From contig JARRRI010000003.1 of assembly GCA_037380845.1 (NCBI GenBank), positions 100,551-111,422 of the forward strand: a stretch of DNA of 10,872 nt, read 5' to 3'. The stretch is from Candidatus Sulfobium sp. (GTDB lineage Bacteria; Nitrospirota; Thermodesulfovibrionia; Thermodesulfovibrionales; UBA6898). Positions 1 to 6,265 of the stretch are shown piece by piece (position 1 is the first letter of the stretch; each line of letters starts with the position of its first letter). A program made the translations under genes and the position numbers. The notes below the pieces were generated by a model, which saw only the letters and a program-made list of their open reading frames with translations, was not told the DNA's origin and searched no databases.

Positions 1-1
1 C

Positions 2-1096
2 GGCAAGCATCCCGATATCATCCACTGTCACGACTGGCAGACCGGTTTGGTACCCGTCCTTCTTTATGACATATATAAGTATCTCGGCATGACCCATCCC
101 CGGGTGTGTTACACCCTGCATAACCTGAAACATCAGGGGGTAACGGGCGAATTCATATTAAGGGCCGCCGGACTGAACAGGCAGGACTATTACTTCAACC
201 AGGACCGGCTGCAGGACAACTTCAACCGCTCCGCAATAAACCTGATGAAGGCGGGCATCGTGTACTCCAATTTCGTGACCACAGTGTCCCCCACATATGC
301 AGGGGAGATACAGCAGACAGGTCTGTCATACGGGCTGGGCCATACTCTGCACGTCCACGGAAACAAGTTCGGAGGAATACTGAACGGCGTCGACTACGAT
401 GTCTGGAACCCCGAGATCGACAGATATATACCTTACAGATACGGGATCGACAACGTAGAGGCCAAGTATGGGAACAAGGAAGCTCTCCGGGACAGGCTGT
501 GGCTCCGCCGGGAATACAAACCGATCATCTCCTATGTGGGGCGGCTTGACCACCAGAAAGGAGTCGACCTTATCAGACATGGTCTTTTCTATGCCCTCGG
601 GAACGGCTCACAGTTCGTACTCCTCGGTTCAAGTCCGGACCCTGGGATAAACAATTACTTCTGGCATCTCAAGCACCAGCTGAACGATAATCCCGACTGT
701 CATATAGAACTGACTTTTAACGAAGAACTGTCTCATCTGGTGTATGCAGGTTCCGACATGATAATCGTACCCAGCCTCTTCGAGCCTTGCGGTCTGACCC
801 AGATGATAGCATTGAGATACGGGACGGTCCCCATAGTCCGAGATACGGGCGGATTAAGGGACACCGTGTTTGACGCAGACTATGGCCAAAGGCCTTATCA
901 TGAGCGAAACGGGTATGTTTTCAGGGATTTCAACTATCAGGGACTCGAGTCGGCCCTGCACAGGGCGATAGGCATGTGGTATATGTATCCGCGGTATTTC
1001 AGGGAGCTGATGACAAATGGCATGAGATATGACTTTTCATGGAACCATCCCGCTGGTCACTACCTCAATATTTATGAGTACATAAGGGAGAAGTGA
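2..1096 (+). CDS. glgA: Glycogen synthase (GT5), 5'-truncated at the window edge
   Basis: Frame is open from position 2 (GKHPDIIHCHDWQTGLVPV). Motifs HCHDWQT, HNLKHQG, TTVSPTYA, GILNGVD, GRLDHQKG, VPSLFEPCGLTQMIALRYG, TGGLRDTV. Stop TGA 1094-1096. Confidence 0.96.
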   Translation, partial: GKHPDIIHCHDWQTGLVPVLLYDIYKYLGMTHPRVCYTLHNLKHQGVTGEFILRAAGLNRQDYYFNQDRLQDNFNRSAINLMKAGIVYSNFVTTVSPTYAGEIQQTGLSYGLGHTLHVHGNKFGGILNGVDYDVWNPEIDRYIPYRYGIDNVEAKYGNKEALRDRLWLRREYKPIISYVGRLDHQKGVDLIRHGLFYALGNGSQFVLLGSSPDPGINNYFWHLKHQLNDNPDCHIELTFNEELSHLVYAGSDMIIVPSLFEPCGLTQMIALRYGTVPIVRDTGGLRDTVFDADYGQRPYHERNGYVFRDFNYQGLESALHRAIGMWYMYPRYFRELMTNGMRYDFSWNHPAGHYLNIYEYIREK

Positions 1097-1171
1097 CCTG
1101 ACAACAGGCGGAATCGCCCTGGACATTTCCCCCCGGGAGAAAGGGGTTCACCATAAGCCTCCGGAAGTGAA

Positions 1172-1200
1172 TTGACATCGGTTTATTTCTGCCATATGCT
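1172..1200 (+). promoter_or_regulatory. Sigma70-type promoter for the SOR-like gene
   Basis: TTGACA (1172-1177), 17-nt spacer, TATGCT (1195-1200). SD AAGGAGGT at 1271-1278 before ATG 1283. Confidence 0.65.
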
Positions 1201-1282
1201 GTGATTATAGTTTTTGTCGGAGTTTGCAGGAACGGGCCCGGACGTTAAACTTCATTTCTGAAATCGGTGGAAGGAGGTAGTC

Positions 1283-1762
1283 ATGGAGAGAAGACTTTTT
1301 CTTAAAAGCGCAGCACTGGGCACTATGGCAATGGGAATAGCCCGCAGCGCCTTTTCCGCGGAAACATACTATCCCGTAAAGGTGGACCGGGATCTCTTTA
1401 AAGCGATCAACCGCGCAAAAGATCTTGAGCATTTGAGCGGCTTGGAGAAGTCGCATGTGCCGATGATAAAAGCTCCGGACAAGGTCAAGGCCGGCGAACC
1501 GTTCACTGTGGAAGTCAGCATAGGCGAAAAAATCCACCCTATGGGACCCAGACACTGGATCGAACATCTGTCTCTGAGTTTAGGGAACGAACCGGCGGGG
1601 AGAGCGAGCTTCCAGTCCAGGGGATACCTTCAGCCCAAGGCTACCTTTACGGTGGTCCTGACAAAGGAGTCGGCGCCTGCCGGAAAGGCGTCGCTCGTGG
1701 TAAGGCAACGGTGCAATCTGCACGGTTACTGGGAAAACAGCCGCAACGTGACGGTGATATGA
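1283..1762 (+). CDS. Tat-exported superoxide reductase-like protein (class II SORL / neelaredoxin-type Fe domain)
   Basis: Twin-arginine signal (ERRLFLK, hydrophobic stretch, AFSA cleavage region). Fe ligand set EKSHVP, HPM-x3-H, CNLHGYW. No N-terminal desulforedoxin domain. Strong SD. Confidence 0.88.
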   Translation: MERRLFLKSAALGTMAMGIARSAFSAETYYPVKVDRDLFKAINRAKDLEHLSGLEKSHVPMIKAPDKVKAGEPFTVEVSIGEKIHPMGPRHWIEHLSLSLGNEPAGRASFQSRGYLQPKATFTVVLTKESAPAGKASLVVRQRCNLHGYWENSRNVTVI

Positions 1763-1818
1763 GTATTTACGTAAGATGCGGCCGGGTCAGCCCCGGGGGA
1801 TAGCCGAGGTAGGATTCG

Positions 1819-3024
1819 GTGGCCGAAGTTTATCATGCGCTGGGACTCAATATGCATCAGCCCCTCGGGAATCTTCTGGCCCTCCACAACTCGGATGAGG
1901 CGTGGGAGGCACGGCAGATCCTCTGGTGTTATGACCGGCCCACCCGTATGCTGGAGGGATATGAGGATATCGCCAGACTGCACATGAGTTTCTCCGGTAC
2001 TCTCCTGAAACAACTGGAGGATCCGGCCGTCAGGGAGACCTTTCACGATGTGGTCGATATAGAGGATTTCCTCGCCAGGTACAGGAAATCCGGTATCGAG
2101 TTCGTGGGTACCGGTCTTTATCATCCGGTCTATCCGCTGACACCTTCCTCAGACTGGGATGCGCAGACCGAATGGTGGATAGGTCTGGGGAAGCATCTCC
2201 TGGGGCGCGAGAATTTTCAGGGGTTCTGGCCGCCCGAGATGGGCTTTTGCATGGAAATGATCCCGATGCTGAAGCGGCACGGCTACAGGTATGTGCTCGT
2301 CGATTCCTGGTACATCAAACCGAAAAGAGAAATGAGGTGGGAGGAATTGCGCTACCGCCCTTATATAGCCCGGTATGGCGGAGAAGAGATAGTCGTCGTC
2401 CCCAGGGACAGGGAACTTTCGGATTCACAGGAATCCGGACTCGACCCGGGCTGGTTTCAGCACGAGGTCTACGAAAGGACCAAGTGGTGCGATTTCCCCG
2501 CTCTTGTCACCACATGGACCGACGGCGAAAACGGGGGATGGTTCCGGACGGCCCACCTTGAAAGCGGCTTCTGGGGCTATTTTTATCACACCATCCTGAA
2601 CAGATACAGGGAGGGCACCCTCGGCTTTACACCCGTGCATATCAGTGACTACATCGACAGATACCCTCCTGCCGAAGAGGTTGACGTCCACCGGGGGGCA
2701 TGGAATACGGGACACCACTGGGGAGGCGATTTTACCCAGTGGACAGGTTCACTCCTTCAGAAGAGAGGCTGGGACGAAATACGAAATGTCAGCGCATTCT
2801 ACCAGGAGGTAAGAAAGACCTTTGATAAGCGGAAGGAGGGTGCAGCCGACCCCGAAGATATCCGCCAATTGATCGTAAAGGCATACGACCGCATATTGGT
2901 TGCGGAAACCAGCTGCAACTTTTACTGGGGGAGCCGCTGGGTCCACCGCTCCTTTGACGATATCGAACAGGCGTACCACCTTCTCGATACCGCCATGGAG
3001 AGGCTGAAGGCCGGCGGGGAATAG
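1819..3024 (+). CDS. Glycoside hydrolase family 57 protein
   Basis: GH57 conserved regions: MHQP, YHP, FWPPEMG (nucleophile Glu), TDGENGGW (acid/base Asp), AETSCNFYWG. GTG start with upstream GAGGTAGGA. Confidence 0.9.
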   Translation: MAEVYHALGLNMHQPLGNLLALHNSDEAWEARQILWCYDRPTRMLEGYEDIARLHMSFSGTLLKQLEDPAVRETFHDVVDIEDFLARYRKSGIEFVGTGLYHPVYPLTPSSDWDAQTEWWIGLGKHLLGRENFQGFWPPEMGFCMEMIPMLKRHGYRYVLVDSWYIKPKREMRWEELRYRPYIARYGGEEIVVVPRDRELSDSQESGLDPGWFQHEVYERTKWCDFPALVTTWTDGENGGWFRTAHLESGFWGYFYHTILNRYREGTLGFTPVHISDYIDRYPPAEEVDVHRGAWNTGHHWGGDFTQWTGSLLQKRGWDEIRNVSAFYQEVRKTFDKRKEGAADPEDIRQLIVKAYDRILVAETSCNFYWGSRWVHRSFDDIEQAYHLLDTAMERLKAGGE

Positions 3025-3031
3025 GAATTAA

Positions 3032-3060
3032 GACGCGGCGGCTCAACCATATGCCGCGTC
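3032..3060. terminator. Hairpin between convergent GH57 and hypothetical genes
   Basis: GACGCGGC (3032-3039) / GCCGCGTC (3053-3060) 8-bp stem with a 13-nt loop. No long U-tract. Confidence 0.45.
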
Positions 3061-3064
3061 CGGA

Positions 3065-3397
3065 TCAGAATTCGGGGAACATCTTGACGGAGAAGACCTT
3101 CCCCTTCGCAGTTACGGCCTTTGCGGTAAGAATACCCCCTTCGACATAGGCGAGTTCAAAATTATCGAACCCCCGTGATACGAAACTTTTCGCATCTGCC
3201 GGACAACCTTTTTCGCAACCGGCAATGCCCCGTACCATCTTCGGCAGAAGCCCCCTGACATCCAGTCCGTTCAATCCTTCACCTCTTTCTGAAAGGAAAA
3301 TGCTGATCTGCTTCATCAGGGAATCAACATCCATATGGAAAGGATCGTCGATATCAATCGAGAGGGAATCGCCTTCCAAGCTTATATCCAGTTCCAT
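3065..3397 (-). CDS. Hypothetical protein, 110 aa, with GCxxGCP motif
   Basis: ATG preceded by GGGAGG SD; own promoter candidate at 3430-3459; globular-looking composition. Family not recognised. Confidence 0.75.
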   Translation of the reverse strand: MELDISLEGDSLSIDIDDPFHMDVDSLMKQISIFLSERGEGLNGLDVRGLLPKMVRGIAGCEKGCPADAKSFVSRGFDNFELAYVEGGILTAKAVTAKGKVFSVKMFPEF

Positions 3398-3429
3398 CAG
3401 AAAACCTCCCGTAGCCTAAACACCCAACA

Positions 3430-3459
3430 ATTTTAGCCGATATCTGCGGAAATATTCAA
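3430..3459 (-). promoter_or_regulatory. Sigma70-type promoter for the 3065..3397 gene
   Basis: Minus strand TTGAAT (3459-3454), 18-nt spacer, TAAAAT (3435-3430). Confidence 0.5.
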
Positions 3460-3492
3460 ATTGGAAAGAGTTCGCCCTCTCTCACCCTCTAT

Positions 3493-3635
3493 CAGGCTGC
3501 TGAAAAAGGTGCTTTTAGCCTTTTTTCGTCATTCCCGTGCCGACGGGAATCCAATTATTCCGGTTAGTTTGGATACCCGCCCCCGCGGGTATGACGGCAT
3601 TCAGGAAAGTCGTGATATTTTTTTCCAGCAGCCTG
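3493..3635. mobile_element. 143-bp MITE-like element bounded by 15-bp terminal inverted repeats
   Basis: Left CAGGCTGCTGAAAAA (3493-3507); right end 3621-3635 reads CAGGCTGCTGGAAAA on the minus strand (14/15 identity). Non-coding, no clear target-site duplication. Confidence 0.6.
3527..3596. repeat. REP-like double palindrome (GTCATTCCCG..CGGGAATCCA / TGGATACCCG..CGGGTATGAC)
   Basis: Two inverted units: CGTCATTCCCG 3527-3537 + CGGGAATCCA 3544-3553, and TGGATACCCG 3570-3579 + CGGGTATGACG 3586-3596. The first unit contains ATTCCC-N8-GGGAAT, the Neisseria dRS3 core. Confidence 0.8.
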
Positions 3636-3739
3636 CCGTTGCATGACTTCCTGATGCCACAGTCCGCCGAAATGATGTATTATATCAACTGATAATTTAC
3701 ATGGTAAGACAACACCCAACACAGGAAAAGGAATCGATC

Positions 3740-4231
3740 ATGGATGATGTATGTCCCTGCGGTTCCGGTATGCCCTTCGCTGATTGCTGCGGACCCGTAA
3801 TCGAAGGGCAGAGACATGCGCTTACGGCAGAACAGCTGATGCGTTCCCGCTACTCTGCATATGTAAAGGGCCGGATAGAATACCTGAGGACGTCGCTGCA
3901 TCCGGACCACAGGCAGGACTTTGACGAGAAGAATACCAGGGAATGGGCGGAAAGTTCTGAATGGCACGGCATGGAGATAGTGGAAACAAAATATGGCGGG
4001 CCGGAGGATGCCGAAGGAAAGGTCGAGTTCATCGTCTCTTTCACTCAGAACGGCAAAAGAATGACGCACCATGAACTGGGCAGTTTCAGCAAGGTCGACG
4101 GCACATGGTACTTCCAGAGCGGCGAGGCCGTATCGCCAAAGCCTGTGGTGCGGACGGCCCCCAAGACGGGGCGCAATGAACCTTGTCCCTGCGGGAGCGG
4201 CCTGAAATTCAAGAAATGCTGCGGCAAGTGA
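3740..4231 (+). CDS. ychJ: YchJ family protein with N- and C-terminal SEC-C motifs
   Basis: N-terminal CPCGSG..CC, central [13 protein letters not shown] and VEF..HHE..F..W, C-terminal [22 protein letters not shown] 3740 (SD AAGGA) preferred over 3701. Confidence 0.92.
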   Translation: MDDVCPCGSGMPFADCCGPVIEGQRHALTAEQLMRSRYSAYVKGRIEYLRTSLHPDHRQDFDEKNTREWAESSEWHGMEIVETKYGGPEDAEGKVEFIVSFTQNGKRMTHHELGSFSKVDGTWYFQSGEAVSPKPVVRTAPKTGRNEPCPCGSGLKFKKCCGK

Positions 4232-4277
4232 CCGGAGGTTGCTTTCCCCTTTAAGAACTTCTTTTCAGGGGCTTCCT

Positions 4278-4824
4278 ATGGACAAGAAGAAAGCGTTGTC
4301 TGAAATTACGCAGGAAATAGAGTCATGCCCTCTCTGTAAAAAATGGGGCGATGGCCGCGCTGTTTCAGGAGAAGGGAATCCAGATGCCGACATTCTTTTC
4401 ATAGGCGAAGCTCCGGGCAAAGAAGAATCCAGGACCGGCCGGCCTTTCGTCGGGCGGTCCGGACAGCTGCTCAGATCGGCGATCCGCGACATCGGGCTCA
4501 GGGAAGAGGAGGTGTTCATCACCAGTCCCGTCAAATATCTGCCCCACCGCGGAACGCCGGTCAGGGAAAACATCCTCCATGGGAGAGAACACCTGCTAAG
4601 GCAGCTCTCGATAATCAAACCCAAGATCCTGGTCCTCATGGGAAGCGTCGCCTGCCAGGGACCACGGCAGCATCGTGAGGCTCAAAGGCATGACTTGTCT
4701 GATAACTTTTCATCCTGCCTATGCCCTTCGGTTCCCGTCGGGGAAGAAAGCCTTTTTCCGGGATTTCAGGAAGCTGAGAAGGCTTGTGCAGGCCGGGACG
4801 AAGGCAAAAAATGATCGCGTGTAA
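4278..4824 (+). pseudogene. Uracil-DNA glycosylase (family 4-like), frameshifted near 4655-4660 (pseudogene or assembly error)
   Basis: Frame from ATG 4278 has CPLC, GEAPG, GRPFVGRSG, ..LMGSVACQ. The conserved C-terminus (RDHGSIV..ITFHPAYALR..DFRKLRRL, TAA 4822-4824) is in the +1 frame starting near 4657. Confidence 0.85.
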
Positions 4825-4838
4825 GCGGAGGCGGTTGT

Positions 4839-4985
4839 TTACCAGCCGATAAAAGACAACAGGTCCTCCAGCCGGAAAAGATAGCCGTGCCGCATAACGA
4901 ACAGCACCTCGGCAATAAGGAAAATGATGAGGACCACAATTATGGCCGACAACAGTTTTTCGAGTAGGACCGTTACCGTTTTCAT
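4839..4985 (-). CDS. Small single-pass membrane protein, 48 aa (not in ORF track)
   Basis: MKTVTVLLEKLLSAIIVVLIIFLIAEVLFVMRHGYLFRLEDLLSFIGW*. Preceded by GGGAGAGGA SD; about 20-aa hydrophobic segment; fills the intergenic gap without overlaps. Confidence 0.65.
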   Translation of the reverse strand: MKTVTVLLEKLLSAIIVVLIIFLIAEVLFVMRHGYLFRLEDLLSFIGW

Positions 4986-5057
4986 CGCTGATTTCCTCTC
5001 CCGTCAGCTCTGTCCATCTTCCGGACTTTATATCGGGTATAGCAACGGTGTAACTAC

Positions 5058-5086
5058 TAAATAGCACATAACGGAAGGCCGGTCAA
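5058..5086 (-). promoter_or_regulatory. Possible promoter for the 48-aa peptide gene
   Basis: Minus strand TTGACC (5086-5081), 17-nt spacer, TATTTA (5063-5058) preceded by TG-n (extended -10-like). Confidence 0.4.
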
Positions 5087-5109
5087 GCACTGCCCTCCGT
5101 CAACGTCCT

Positions 5110-5292
5110 TCAACACTCCCGTATTCCGGCCGCCTGCGCCCGTTGTTCGCCTTCATCGGACATTGCGGTCCGTATGCATTCGTGAACGGCGTCCTCTATC
5201 GTGCAGTGCTTCGTCTCAATATTCCTGTGATGCTCGATCAGCGCACGCAAGAACCTGACTTCTTTTTCCGGCAAGGTGATTGTCGCCTGCAT
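5110..5292 (-). CDS. Small hypothetical protein, 60 aa, ribbon-helix-helix-like pattern
   Basis: SD GGGAGGAG 6 nt before ATG. Alternating strand QATITL, then P, helix EKEVRFLRALIEH, helix TIEDAVHECIRTAM. Fold assignment is inference. Confidence 0.7.
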   Translation of the reverse strand: MQATITLPEKEVRFLRALIEHHRNIETKHCTIEDAVHECIRTAMSDEGEQRAQAAGIREC

Positions 5293-5365
5293 GCGATTCT
5301 CCTCCCGTCACTCCACACCGGGTATAAGCGTCGGCATGAAATGATGCCCTACCTTTTCCGGTATC

Positions 5366-5401
5366 GGTCACTGATGGCGACTATGGGTCACTGATGGCGA
5401 C
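5366..5401. repeat. 16-bp perfect direct repeat, 2 copies, 20-bp period
   Basis: GGTCACTGATGGCGAC at 5366-5381 and 5386-5401, overlapping the lgt stop codon. Confidence 0.9.
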
Positions 5402-6192
5402 ACTAATTCGCCGCGCATCATCTTCTTTTTCATGTAGATCAAAATAGCCGCCCCGCCCAAAACAGTTGCCACGCTCAGTATCTGGCCCATCGTGAAAGGA
5501 CCGGCAATGAACCCGAGTTGCTGGTCCGGCTGCCGGAAAAATTCTACAAAGAACCGGAATATGCCATACAGAATCAGGAACAGGGCAGTCAGCGTCCCCC
5601 TGCGCAGATTCCGGTCTTTGAGAGACCAGAGTATAGTAAAAAGTGCTACACCCTCCAGAAGAAATTCATAAAGCTCAGAAGGGTGACGCGGCAGCGGCCC
5701 GCCGGAAGGGAACACCATTGCCCAGGGGACATCGGTCACCCTGCCGTAAAGTTCGCCGTTGATGAAATTGCCGAGCCTTCCGAGGCCAAGCCCTATGGGG
5801 GCGGTCACTATTATGAGGTCGCAGAGCTGCCAGAAATCAAGCCGGTGCTTCCTGCAAAACAGTATTCCGGCTGCGACAGAGCCGATAAGGCCGCCGTGAA
5901 AAGACATTCCCCCGTGCCAGACGGCGAAAATCTCCAGCGGGTGGCGAAGATAGTCGGCCAGATTATAGAAAACCACGTATCCCAGCCGCGCCCCGACAAT
6001 CAAGCCGACAACAATCCAGGAATAAAGGGAGTCAATATCCTCCATCGTGATATCGAGCTTCTTTTTCTTCAGCTGGTACCTGACGAGAAGGTATGAGGCC
6101 ACGAACCCGAGGAGGTACATGACCCCGTACCACCTGACGGCCAGGGGTCCTATCCTCACTATTACGGGGTCTATGTGCGGATAAGGAATCAT
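5368..6192 (-). CDS. lgt: Prolipoprotein diacylglyceryl transferase
   Basis: IDPV..GPLAVRWYG, GARLGYV, GGMSFHGG, GRLGNFINGELYGR, RHPSELYE, RFFVEFFRQPD, TMGQILS. Confidence 0.98.
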   Translation of the reverse strand: MIPYPHIDPVIVRIGPLAVRWYGVMYLLGFVASYLLVRYQLKKKKLDITMEDIDSLYSWIVVGLIVGARLGYVVFYNLADYLRHPLEIFAVWHGGMSFHGGLIGSVAAGILFCRKHRLDFWQLCDLIIVTAPIGLGLGRLGNFINGELYGRVTDVPWAMVFPSGGPLPRHPSELYEFLLEGVALFTILWSLKDRNLRRGTLTALFLILYGIFRFFVEFFRQPDQQLGFIAGPFTMGQILSVATVLGGAAILIYMKKKMMRGELVSPSVTHSRHQ

Positions 6193-6202
6193 GTCAATTC
6201 CT

Positions 6203-6255
6203 AATTTACGTTCTGGCCGACCGTCTTGTCAATCGGGCATGCGCAGCACTATAAT
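6203..6255. promoter_or_regulatory. Bidirectional sigma70-type promoter pair with overlapping -35 boxes
   Basis: Plus: TTGTCA 6226-6231, 18 nt, TATAAT 6250-6255. Minus: TTGACA 6232-6227, 18 nt, TAAATT 6208-6203. Confidence 0.6.
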
Positions 6256-6265
6256 CTTTATCGTT

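Noticed and set aside
1126..1150. Intrinsic terminator after glgA
   Set aside because: Only a weak C-run/G-run pairing and no U-tract.
3461..3646. 61-aa ORF across the MITE-like element
   Set aside because: Translation of palindromic repeat DNA, with no transposase features.
4659..4814. UDG C-terminus as given in the ORF track (GPRQHREAQ..)
   Set aside because: Out-of-frame read-through; the conserved HPAY tail is in the +1 frame. Programmed frameshifting is also unlikely because there is no slippery site and residues appear to be missing.
4636..5067. 143-aa minus-strand ORF
   Set aside because: No SD, overlaps the UDG C-terminus, and the 48-aa ORF in another frame has better signals.
5080..5115. 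Cys-TGA ending of the 60-aa ORF as selenocysteine read-through
   Set aside because: No convincing SECIS hairpin and another TGA nine codons later; treated as a normal stop.
5366..5401. Mini CRISPR array
   Set aside because: Only two 16-bp copies with a 4-bp gap and no cas genes.
5518..6096. 192-aa plus-strand ORF
   Set aside because: Fully antisense to lgt, no family signal.
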